From Phycisphaerales bacterium (GTDB lineage Bacteria > Planctomycetota > Phycisphaerae > Phycisphaerales > UBA1924), in the NCBI GenBank assembly GCA_020853975.1, contig JADYXW010000043.1, positions 16,045 to 80,044 on the forward strand: DNA of 64,000 nucleotides, written 5' to 3'. Each line of letters begins with the position of its first letter. Position 1 is the stretch's first letter. The position numbers and the translations under genes are program-made. Shown one piece after another: positions 53,847 to 62,005 of this stretch. Under the pieces are notes generated by a model. The model was not told the DNA's origin. It searched no databases and saw nothing but the letters and a program-made list of their open reading frames with translations.

Positions 53847-53864
53847 TCCGGGCGGCGGGCGACG

Positions 53865-54827
53865 TCAGTTGCCCGCGGGTCCGCCAAAGTCCGTGCCCTC
53901 GAGCTTGCTCCGGTTGAGCATATAGAGCCCGACCAGCCAGTTGCCCATGACGTAGGGCTTGACCTGAAAGACGCCGGTCACGTTGCCGGCGATGGCGTAG
54001 CGGTTGTTGCCGCTGGCGGGCTTGGCGAGCGTGACCTCGAGCGCGTCGTAGGGTGTGGGGGGCACGCCGATGCAGCAGCCGTCCCACTGGTTGAGCATCG
54101 CGAGACACTCGCGGGGCTCTTCGACCATCAGGGGGAAGGAGATGTAGCCGGAGATGCGCACGTGCTTGTCGTGCAGCATCGCCACGCGTTGAGGGATCCT
54201 CTTCTTGCCCGACTGGGGGTCGAAGGAATCCGCGGCGGAGGTGAGTTGTTCCCACGAGACCTGGAACGGGTCCTCGGGAGTTCCCGCGCCCTTCACGACG
54301 TACTTGCCGTCGACGAACAGCGAGCCGTCGGGCTTTTGCTCGACGGTGCCGGGGGCCACCTCGTACTCACCGATCTTGGCGGGGTCCGCGATGGGGCCGG
54401 AGGGAGTGGTGGGGCCCTGGGCCGTGGTGGGGGTTGCGGCTGGGGTCGGTGCCGGGGTCGCGGCTATCGCGGGGTCCGGCACCGGAGCAGCGGCGTCGGG
54501 CTTCACGACGGGTTCGGTGGCGGGCGGGAGGGTCACGGGGCTAGCCTCTGGCGCGGACGCCGGGGCCACACCTGCGGGAGCCTCGGGAACGGGGGGTGTC
54601 GGCTGAGCCTTTGCGGTCTCGGGCGGTGCGGCCCGCAGGGCCTCGTTCTCCGCGGCGGTGGCGGCGACCTCCGCCGCGAGCCGGGCCTCCTGCTCCGCCG
54701 CCTTCACCTGGGCCGCGGTGGCCTGCGCGAGAGAGTCCATCGTGCGGCCCTGCCGCATGAAGGTGTAGCCGATGGCGGAGACCGCCAGGATGGCGACCAG
54801 CCCGATCAGTACCCAGAACACACGCAT
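53865..54827 (-). CDS. Membrane-anchored DUF3299 (ZrgD-like) protein
   Basis: N-terminal TM, Pro/Ala linker, L..K.VRISGY..., WDGCCIGVPP, V.G...; GAAGGAG RBS. Confidence 0.72.
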   Translation of the reverse strand: MRVFWVLIGLVAILAVSAIGYTFMRQGRTMDSLAQATAAQVKAAEQEARLAAEVAATAAENEALRAAPPETAKAQPTPPVPEAPAGVAPASAPEASPVTLPPATEPVVKPDAAAPVPDPAIAATPAPTPAATPTTAQGPTTPSGPIADPAKIGEYEVAPGTVEQKPDGSLFVDGKYVVKGAGTPEDPFQVSWEQLTSAADSFDPQSGKKRIPQRVAMLHDKHVRISGYISFPLMVEEPRECLAMLNQWDGCCIGVPPTPYDALEVTLAKPASGNNRYAIAGNVTGVFQVKPYVMGNWLVGLYMLNRSKLEGTDFGGPAGN

Positions 54828-54900
54828 GCCACGGCTCCTTCACAAGCTCCGCGAAGATCGTAGGAGGACTTGCACGACGCCCAGCGGGCGCGGCCAGGTC

Positions 54901-56244
54901 TCACGCGACGGGCCTCAGGTTGCGCCACACGCTGGTGCGGTAAGCCATGATGGCGGGGACAAGGCCTGCGAGGACGGAGAGCGCCAGCGTCATCAGGAAG
55001 ATGTACGCGAGGATGAGGGGCGAGGTCTCTGGTGAAATGGAGATGCCGAGCCTGACCCGGAGCACGCCGGTGGCGATCTGGGCGCCGATCATTCCGACGC
55101 CAAGGCCCACACCGGCGCCAAGCACACCGATGAACGCGGACTCGGTGATGATGAGCCCGAAGATGCGGCCCCTGCTCGCGCCCAGGACCCGCAGCACGGC
55201 GATCTGGCGCTGCCTCTGCTGCATGGAGTTGTACAGGGCGAGCATGATCCCTACGCCGCTGGAGGCCATGACGACCGCCGCCATGATGACGAGCAACTGG
55301 TTGATGTTCCCCACGATGGCGTCGAGACGTCGGATCTCCTGCACGGGCCCGGCGACCGTGAGCGGCGCCGCCTGGAACTCAGGGTGCCGCCTCAGGTGCT
55401 CCATCACGACCGGCACCGCCGCGGAGGCGTCCTGCCCCGGGCGGGTCGCGACGCGAAGGTAGATGTTCGTGATTTTGCGATCGGCGTCGATCAGGTCCTT
55501 CTCGCTGACGGACGCGTGGTCGTGGTGCTCGTGGTCGTCCATGTCGTCATGCTCGCCCGCGGCGTGCTCTCGCTCCAGGCGGTCGACCGCGTGGATGAGC
55601 CACGAGCTGTTGAGGTTGGAGAACAGCGCACGGTCGTGGGGTGTGCCCGTGGGCTCGAGCACGCCCACCACGGTGTACTGGAACTCGCCGTGCTCGTGCC
55701 CTGCCACCCCGCTCGCGCGGCTGGACGCCGCCCCGTGCGTCAGCACCACGCGCGAGCCGATCCGGAGCCCCGTGGCCCTGGCCGCGGCGGCGCCGACGAC
55801 GAGCTCAAAGTCCTTCGCGAACGCGGCGCCCTGCGCGAAAGTCCACGTCGCGTCCTCCGCGGGCCGGAACTTCGTGAAGAACTCTGGACTGGTCGCCAGC
55901 ACGGGCCACTGGCCCTTGTAGCTGTCACCAAGCTGCACGGGCACGGCCCACTCCAGGGGCAGGCTCCCCGCGATGCGTTCGTACTCCGCGTAGGTCACCG
56001 GCTTCAGCGGGGCGCCCGCGTAGAACATGCCGTTGAGCACGCTCACCAGACCGCTCGCGTCTCGGCTGACCAGCAGGTGCACGTTGCCGGTCCCCCGCTC
56101 AAAGGCCTTGCGTCCGGAGGCCTGCAGCATGAGCAGCACCAGCATGAGGCCGACAGCGACGGCGACGCTCACCACGGTGGTCGCCGTTGAGAAGAACCGG
56201 GTGCGGAGGCTGCGGGTGACAATGGTCCAATCCGTCATCGCCAT
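54901..56244 (-). CDS. ABC transporter permease, FtsX/MacB family (ZrgC-like), with His/Asp-rich loops
   Basis: MacB periplasmic core LGDSYKG, VGVLEPTGTPHDRALF; ERQRQIAVLRVLGA-type motif; HEHG and EHDDMDDHEHHDH. Confidence 0.85.
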   Translation of the reverse strand: MAMTDWTIVTRSLRTRFFSTATTVVSVAVAVGLMLVLLMLQASGRKAFERGTGNVHLLVSRDASGLVSVLNGMFYAGAPLKPVTYAEYERIAGSLPLEWAVPVQLGDSYKGQWPVLATSPEFFTKFRPAEDATWTFAQGAAFAKDFELVVGAAAARATGLRIGSRVVLTHGAASSRASGVAGHEHGEFQYTVVGVLEPTGTPHDRALFSNLNSSWLIHAVDRLEREHAAGEHDDMDDHEHHDHASVSEKDLIDADRKITNIYLRVATRPGQDASAAVPVVMEHLRRHPEFQAAPLTVAGPVQEIRRLDAIVGNINQLLVIMAAVVMASSGVGIMLALYNSMQQRQRQIAVLRVLGASRGRIFGLIITESAFIGVLGAGVGLGVGMIGAQIATGVLRVRLGISISPETSPLILAYIFLMTLALSVLAGLVPAIMAYRTSVWRNLRPVA

Positions 56245-56255
56245 GGCGGTCTCCG

Positions 56256-56936
56256 TTACAGGGCTGCTCCGGCGATGGCGAGCGACTCACGCCTCGTGAA
56301 GCGGGATGCGATTGTGGGGTCGTGGCTCACGCACAGGAGCGACGCGTTGCGGGCCTGGCAGGCCTTCTCCAGCAGGTCGACCGCGTTCGCCGCGTTCTCC
56401 GGGTCCAGGCTGGCGGTGGGCTCGTCCGCGAGCACGATCACCGGGTCGCACGCGACGGCCCGGGCCACCGCCACGCGCTGCTGCTGACCGACGCTCAGGT
56501 TCTCCGCTTCCTCGTGCGGGTTGGCGATCCCCAGCGATGCGAGGAGTTCAAGGGCGCGGCCCCGATGCTCCGAGGCGGGGATCGCGGAGAACATCATGGC
56601 GGCCATCACGTTCTCCGCTGCGGAGAACCCGGTGAGCAGGTTGAAGGTCTGAAAGACCATGCCGATGCTGCGCCCGCGGAAGCGGTCTCTCGCCGGGCCG
56701 CGGAGCGCGTGGATGTTCTGGCCCGCGATCTCGATGCTGCCCGAGTCCGGGTCCATCAGGCCGCAGATCAGGTTCAGCAGCGTGCTCTTGCCTCCACCGG
56801 AACGGGCGGCGAGGAGCATCTGCTCTCCCTGTGCGAGCGAGAGCGAGGGCATCGAGAGCTCGAAGGCTTCGCCCTCGCGGGGCGCCGGGTACCTGAATCG
56901 GAGGTCCGTGATCTTCAGCGCGGGAGTGTCGGGCAT
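56256..56936 (-). CDS. ABC transporter ATP-binding protein (LolD/ZrgB-like)
   Basis: Walker A RSGGGKST, Q-loop VFQ, signature LSVGQQQRVAVARA, LADEPT, VSHD. Confidence 0.9.
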   Translation of the reverse strand: MPDTPALKITDLRFRYPAPREGEAFELSMPSLSLAQGEQMLLAARSGGGKSTLLNLICGLMDPDSGSIEIAGQNIHALRGPARDRFRGRSIGMVFQTFNLLTGFSAAENVMAAMMFSAIPASEHRGRALELLASLGIANPHEEAENLSVGQQQRVAVARAVACDPVIVLADEPTASLDPENAANAVDLLEKACQARNASLLCVSHDPTIASRFTRRESLAIAGAAL

Positions 56937-57035
56937 GGAATGGTCCGCCTGTCTGGTGCGTGGGTGCGGTGTGCGGGCAGCATACCCGCGCAAAGCCGGG
57001 CCCGGGCGCTTCCGCCGCGGACTCGGAAAGAGGTC

Positions 57036-57345
57036 TCAGGGGCAGGAGCCCCCGGCGACCACGTCGATGAGCGACGAGATGTCGTCCTGGGCGGCGTTGC
57101 CGTCCTGGTTGAGGTCCGAGTCGCACGCCTGCGGGAGCAGGTGTTCCCGCACCCGGGTGATCGCGGCGTCGTGCGTCGGCGTCTGCCGCTTGGGCGGGTT
57201 GGAGAGAGCGGACGTTTGCGAGGACGCGGATCGCCCGGGCGGTTTGGCGTGCCTTGCCCGGCGCGGGCAGCAGCAAGCCGATGAGCAGGGCGATGAACGC
57301 GACCGCGACCAGCAGCTCGATGAGCGTGAAGGCTCGAACGCGCAT
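57036..57345 (-). pseudogene. Decayed chimera: prepilin 5' fragment, out of frame with a half-deleted dockerin-like 3' end
   Basis: MRVRA|FTLIELLVAVAFIALLIGLLLPAPGKARQTAR... in one frame; CDSDLNQDGNAAQDDISSLIDVVAGGSCP* (57036-57125) in another. Confidence 0.75.
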
Positions 57346-57502
57346 GGAAATGATCCCAACGTGCGGATCGATCGGTGCGATGTGGGTTGAGAGGGACCGG
57401 GTTACGGGCGGCTCGGCGCGCTGTGGCGTGCTCCCGGGGTGGATCTTGCGGCAGAGCGTCCCCCGGGCATGAAGGGGAATCCGCGCGGCGGAGGTCAGAG
57501 GG

Positions 57503-58603
57503 TCAGCGCCCGCCCTCGCCCGCGATGGAGGACCGCATCTGCGTGTCCGCCTGGACGTTCTGCATCTTGTAGTAGTCCATGATGCCCAGCCTCCCGGAGC
57601 GGAAGGCCTCTGCCATGGCCTTTGGGACCTCGGCCTCGGCGAGAACGACCAGGGCCTTGTTCTCCTCGATCTTGGCCTTGTTCTCCTGCTCAAGGGCCAT
57701 CGCCAGGGCGCGGCGTTTCTCGGCCTCGGCCTGGAATCGCTTCTTGTCTGCCTCTGCTTGTGCCGCCTGGAGCTGGGCGCCGATGTTCTCGCCCACGTCC
57801 ACGTCCGCGATGTCGATGGAGAGGATCTCGAAGGCGGTGCCGGCGTCAAGGCCGGACTTCATGACGGTCTTGGAGATGTCGTCGGGGTTCTCGAGCACCG
57901 CCTTGTGATCGTGCGCGGAGCCGATGGTGGAGACGATGCCCTGGCCGACGCGGGCGATGATGGTCTCTTCGGTGGCGCCGCCCACGAGCCTCGCGATATT
58001 GGTCCGCACCGTCACGCGGGCCTTTACCTTGAGCTGGATGCCGTCCTTCGCGACCGCGTCGATGGTCTGCCTCTGCCCCTGCACCGCGGGGCAGTCGATG
58101 ACCTTCGGATTCACGGAGGTGTGCACGGCGTCGAGAATGTCGCGGCCCGCGAGGTCGATGGCGGTCGCGGTGTTGAAGGGCAGGTCGATCTTCGCGCCGC
58201 GGGCGGCGATCATCGCCGAGATCACGTTGCTCACGCGCCCGCCCGCGAGATAGTGCGTCTCGATCAGGTTGGTCGGGATGTCCATGCCGGACTTGACCGC
58301 CCGGATGCGGTTGAGCACGACGGTCCGCAGATCGACCTTGCGGAGCTTCATTCCCACCATGTCCCACAGTCCCACGCGGGCGTTGCTGGTATATGCCTGG
58401 ATGTAGAGGTTGATGAACTGGACCAGGAAGATGAACACCAGCAGCAGGATGATGCCGACGATGACGATGGCGCCGATGATGACGGCGTCGAGGATGCCGG
58501 GCCCGCCGCCGCCACCGCCCCCCGCGGGCTGTGCGAGCGCGGGCGCCGCGAACGCGGCGAGCAGGAGCACGGACGTGGCGGTCTTCGAGAGGCGGTTGGT
58601 CAT
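57503..58603 (-). CDS. floA: Flotillin-like protein FloA (YqfA family)
   Basis: [82 protein letters not shown]. Confidence 0.93.
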   Translation of the reverse strand: MTNRLSKTATSVLLLAAFAAPALAQPAGGGGGGGPGILDAVIIGAIVIVGIILLLVFIFLVQFINLYIQAYTSNARVGLWDMVGMKLRKVDLRTVVLNRIRAVKSGMDIPTNLIETHYLAGGRVSNVISAMIAARGAKIDLPFNTATAIDLAGRDILDAVHTSVNPKVIDCPAVQGQRQTIDAVAKDGIQLKVKARVTVRTNIARLVGGATEETIIARVGQGIVSTIGSAHDHKAVLENPDDISKTVMKSGLDAGTAFEILSIDIADVDVGENIGAQLQAAQAEADKKRFQAEAEKRRALAMALEQENKAKIEENKALVVLAEAEVPKAMAEAFRSGRLGIMDYYKMQNVQADTQMRSSIAGEGGR

Positions 58604-58650
58604 GGGTCTTTCCCCGGAGTGCAAGAGGCCGCGGTACGCGGGCGTCGTGG

Positions 58651-58656
58651 AGTATA
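58651..58656 (-). promoter_or_regulatory. Putative -10 (TATACT) for an internal floA promoter
   Basis: Near-consensus hexamer in the 84-nt gap upstream of floA. Confidence 0.5.
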
Positions 58657-58687
58657 CGTGCGCGTGCGTCCCACCGCCCGCGTCGGG

Positions 58688-59209
58688 TCAGGCCCCGCCC
58701 CCAGCGTCGACGCGCCGGACTTTGATCTGCGCCACGTCCTGCCCCGTGACGCGCACGCGGGCGCCCGCCGGGAGGATGAACGCCTCCGAGATCGCGTCAT
58801 AGCGCCTCCCCTCGATCTCAACGGTCCCCACGGGCCGGAGCTCTGTGAGTGCCACACCCTCCCGGCCGATCATCGAGCGGGCCGCCGCCGCAGCCTCTGC
58901 CTCGGTCTTTGCGGCGCGGGCACGATCCTCTTCGCTGGGTGTGCCGATGATGCGGCGCCCGAGCGGGGTGTGGGGCCAGACCCTCAGCCCGTACGCCAAC
59001 GCGGCGGGTCCCATCACCAGCACGCTGAGCGTGCCCGTGAGGCCCCAGGTCCGGCCCGCGCCGACCCAGAGCACAACGACGCCCGCGATGGTCGCCACGA
59101 TGGCGGTGAGGCCGAGCGCGCCGCCTGTGGGGATGAAGAACTCCGAGACCATCAGGACAAGGCCCAGGGCGATGAGGACCCAGCCCCAGACAAGCGGATT
59201 CTCCATCAT
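58688..59209 (-). CDS. Short NfeD-family protein (TM + C-terminal OB fold)
   Basis: EFFIPTGG, G.EGVALTELRPVG.VEIEG.RYDA. Confidence 0.85.
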   Translation of the reverse strand: MMENPLVWGWVLIALGLVLMVSEFFIPTGGALGLTAIVATIAGVVVLWVGAGRTWGLTGTLSVLVMGPAALAYGLRVWPHTPLGRRIIGTPSEEDRARAAKTEAEAAAAARSMIGREGVALTELRPVGTVEIEGRRYDAISEAFILPAGARVRVTGQDVAQIKVRRVDAGGGA

Positions 59210-61041
59210 GCCGTCGTCCCCCGCTCGGGCTCCACGCCCACCCTCATGCCGTCCACGCTCGTGATGCGCACCGACGTGCCTGCCTCGATCATCCCGAACT
59301 CGGCCACCGCGTCGACGATGGCGCCCCGGATCTCCACCCGGCCCGCGGGCCTCATCACCGTGATGGCGACGCCGACCTCGCCGATGGCCGGCGCGTCGGG
59401 CGCCGCCTCCGCGAGGGCGTCCAGCGTGCCGGGGCCGTCGTCATCGCCGGGGGCATCCCGCAGCACGAGGCGCGAGAGGCCCGGGATGGCCCTCAGGTTT
59501 CGTGCGACGAGCGCGATGCCGGCGGCGGCTGTCACCATCGCCAGAAGCACCGTGGCGCCGTAGTACAGGAGATCGGTGCGGCCCTCGGGAGAGCTTGGTA
59601 CCAGCCCGTTGCCGCTGGGCGCAAAGACGCCGACCAGCCCCAGGAACAAGAGGATCAGGCCGAAGATACCCGGCGCGCCGAAGCCGGGCACCACGAACAC
59701 CTCGAGCAGCAGCATCCCGATGCCGCAGATGATCGCGACGACCGCCCACCAGCTCGCCATCCCGATGAGCATGGGCGGCGCGACCAGCCCGGCCAGGGCC
59801 GCGACCGCGATGATGCCGGGGAGGGCGGCGCCAGGGTGCGTGATCTCCAGGAACATCGCGATGAGGAAGATCACCACCAGCACGAAGCGCGTGGCGATGT
59901 GGGTCATCACCAGCACCAGGCCCTCGCTCCACGACGCCTCGTAACGGACCAGCCTCTTGGCCTGAAAGAACGCGACCAGATCATCGTCGGTGCGGACGGG
60001 GTCCGCGACCGTGCGTCCGGAGGCGTCCGTGGTCGTGTTGGCGGCGAAGCCGAAGTAGACCATGTCGTCGGCCTTGAGGAGCGCGGGGCCCGAGCCGTCC
60101 AGCACCTTCTCCTCCAGCTCCCACGAGTCACGATCGGAGGCGGAGAACTTGGGCCGCCTGGTGGAGACCGAGCCCCCCGAGAGCCGGGCGACCACGGCGT
60201 CCGCCGCAGCGGCGAGCTTTGAAGAGCCGGAGGCGATGCCCTCCGCAGGCGGCGGGTCGGCCGGGGCGGAAGGGCCCGCCGAGGAGAGCGAGGCCAGGCG
60301 CGTAGCGCCGCCCGGGTCCGCGCCCTCTCCGAACAGCAGGCGGAACTCGTGCGGATCGATGCAGACGCGCTCGCCCGTGCTCTTGTTCCGCACCGCCCAC
60401 AGGCGCATGTCGTCCACGATCATCGCCTTCGCCAGGTACTCATCCCAGTCGTAGCTGCCGGCGAACTCGTTGTGACGTCGCACGGACTCCGTCACTTCCG
60501 CCACCAGCGGGGGCAGGATTTTCTTCAGAAGGTCGTCGGGAATCCCCTGCGGGAGGATGCCGAGCGGGCCGCCCGAGATCGGCTTCGCATCGCCGAACGA
60601 TACGGGGTCGTTGATCACGATCTCGCGGCAGGCGAGGGCGACGATCGCGCCTCCCGAGTAGGCGTCAGAGTTGATCCACGCGACGGTGTTCCGCACGCGG
60701 GAGCCTTTGATGGCGCGGCACATCTGCAGGACGGCGTCCACAGAGCCGCCCGGGCTGTCGATCTCGATGACGATCGCGTCGGCGCCGGCCCGCTCCGCGA
60801 GCGCCAGCCGCCGGCGCAGACTGGTGGCCATCACACCCCGGTCGTCGATCTCGCCCCGCAGGGGAATGACCACGACCGTCCGGGCGGCCCGGAATGCGGG
60901 TGGGGGGGTGGTTGTCGTCGTCTGGGCCCAGAGATGGCCGACGCCAAGCACGAGCAGCAGCAACCAGCACAGGGCGCGCACCACGGCCCATCGTGACCCC
61001 GTGAAGGTCCGGCCCGAGTTGACGCCTTGCCACGACCTCAT
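59206..61041 (-). CDS. Long NfeD-family protein with ClpP-like protease domain
   Basis: IDSPGG, AYSGG, EITHPG, LEVFVVPGFG, G.AITVMRPAG.VEI.G..VDA; start position uncertain. Confidence 0.85.
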   Translation of the reverse strand: MRSWQGVNSGRTFTGSRWAVVRALCWLLLLVLGVGHLWAQTTTTTPPPAFRAARTVVVIPLRGEIDDRGVMATSLRRRLALAERAGADAIVIEIDSPGGSVDAVLQMCRAIKGSRVRNTVAWINSDAYSGGAIVALACREIVINDPVSFGDAKPISGGPLGILPQGIPDDLLKKILPPLVAEVTESVRRHNEFAGSYDWDEYLAKAMIVDDMRLWAVRNKSTGERVCIDPHEFRLLFGEGADPGGATRLASLSSAGPSAPADPPPAEGIASGSSKLAAAADAVVARLSGGSVSTRRPKFSASDRDSWELEEKVLDGSGPALLKADDMVYFGFAANTTTDASGRTVADPVRTDDDLVAFFQAKRLVRYEASWSEGLVLVMTHIATRFVLVVIFLIAMFLEITHPGAALPGIIAVAALAGLVAPPMLIGMASWWAVVAIICGIGMLLLEVFVVPGFGAPGIFGLILLFLGLVGVFAPSGNGLVPSSPEGRTDLLYYGATVLLAMVTAAAGIALVARNLRAIPGLSRLVLRDAPGDDDGPGTLDALAEAAPDAPAIGEVGVAITVMRPAGRVEIRGAIVDAVAEFGMIEAGTSVRITSVDGMRVGVEPERGTTA

Positions 61042-61056
61042 CGCCCGGTAGGGTAC

Positions 61057-61536
61057 TCAGGTTGAGTCGGCGCGTCCCCCGGGGCGGGGTTGAGCCGCTT
61101 CGACGAAGTCGCGCAGGATCGCCGCCGCCGCGAGGGCGTCCCGGCGCTTCTTCTTCTGCCCGTGGGTCAGGCCTGACCGGGCCATGGCCCAGTCGGCGTC
61201 CACGCTGGTCAGACGCTCGTCCTGAAAGTGCACCACGCGGCCTGCGAGGGCAGCGAGCCGGGCGCCCAGCGCCCTGACCGCCTTCGCTCCCGGGCCCTCG
61301 CTCCCGTCCATGTTGAGGGGCAGGCCCAGGACGATCTCGCCCGGGGCGGGCGGGTCACCCAGGTGCTCACGCACCGCCGCGGCGAGCGAGCCCAGGTATT
61401 CGCTTCCCGCCGGTCCTCCGCCTTGGGCGTCGCTCGGGACATCGAGCACGTTCACCGGCGTCACCACGCGCGTGATGGTGTCGCCGACAGCAACGCCGGT
61501 TCGCTTTCCGCCGAGATCAAGGCACACGTACCTCAC
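61057..61536 (-). CDS. ruvX: YqgF/RuvX family (pre-16S rRNA processing nuclease / putative Holliday junction resolvase)
   Basis: CLDLGGKRTGVAVGD, IVLGLPLNMDGSEG, QDERLTS, DALAAAAIL; GTG 61536 has TATTGT 5 nt upstream. Confidence 0.92.
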   Translation of the reverse strand: MRYVCLDLGGKRTGVAVGDTITRVVTPVNVLDVPSDAQGGGPAGSEYLGSLAAAVREHLGDPPAPGEIVLGLPLNMDGSEGPGAKAVRALGARLAALAGRVVHFQDERLTSVDADWAMARSGLTHGQKKKRRDALAAAAILRDFVEAAQPRPGGRADST

Positions 61537-61541
61537 GCTGG

Positions 61542-61547
61542 ACAATA
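61542..61547 (-). promoter_or_regulatory. Putative -10 (TATTGT) for leaderless yqgF
   Basis: 5 nt before GTG 61536. Confidence 0.55.
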
Positions 61548-61557
61548 CGGCAGCTCC

Positions 61558-61596
61558 AAAAAACAGAACCGCCCCGGACTGACCCGTTCCGGGGCG
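61558..61596 (-). terminator. Rho-independent terminator downstream of the small ORF
   Basis: GCCCCGGA/TCCGGGGC stem, then GGTTCTGTTTTTT on the minus strand. Confidence 0.75.
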
Positions 61597-61628
61597 ATCT
61601 TGTTTCGGAGTATCGAATGGGAGGCGGC

Positions 61629-61754
61629 TCAGCAGTCGAGGCCGTCTTCACGCATGCCGTCTTCGCCGCGGGTGGTGAGAGCCTCCGCCGCGAGGGCCGG
61701 GATCATGAACAACGCCGTCAACACGAGCCGGAAACGACTGACGATCACCTGCAT
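61629..61754 (-). CDS. Small 41-aa protein MQVIVSRFRLVLTALFMIPALAAEALTTRGEDGMREDGLDC (below ORF-track cutoff)
   Basis: GAAGGAG RBS 6 nt before ATG, basic-then-hydrophobic N-terminus, dedicated terminator. Confidence 0.6.
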   Translation of the reverse strand: MQVIVSRFRLVLTALFMIPALAAEALTTRGEDGMREDGLDC

Positions 61755-62005
61755 GGCACGCTCCTTCACGCGACGTCACGCTGGATTGGAGGAGAGAGTT
61801 CCAATCCCGCCGCACCCCACACCCGACCAACGCAATCGGACGTAGCGCCACCCTAAACATGCCACACGCGGCGCAGACTGCCAGCAAAGTGGCGAGAATA
61901 AACGCATCCGGCTTGACATTCAGTACTTCCGGAATGGTCGGACCGCGTTCGGTATCACCCGGGTCGGGGAGCCCCTGGGCGCTTCAGGCTGCGAGGCCGC
62001 TGAAA

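Noticed and set aside
56548-57849. 433-aa ORF containing the FTLIELL prepilin motif as an intact pilin gene
   Set aside because: After about 55 codons the frame loses pilin character and overlaps the ABC ATPase in another frame; interpreted as a pseudogene fragment.
61648-61887. 79-aa ORFs on either strand in the yqgF-GT4 gap
   Set aside because: No RBS or protein-like features; the 41-aa minus-strand ORF with RBS and terminator explains the region better.
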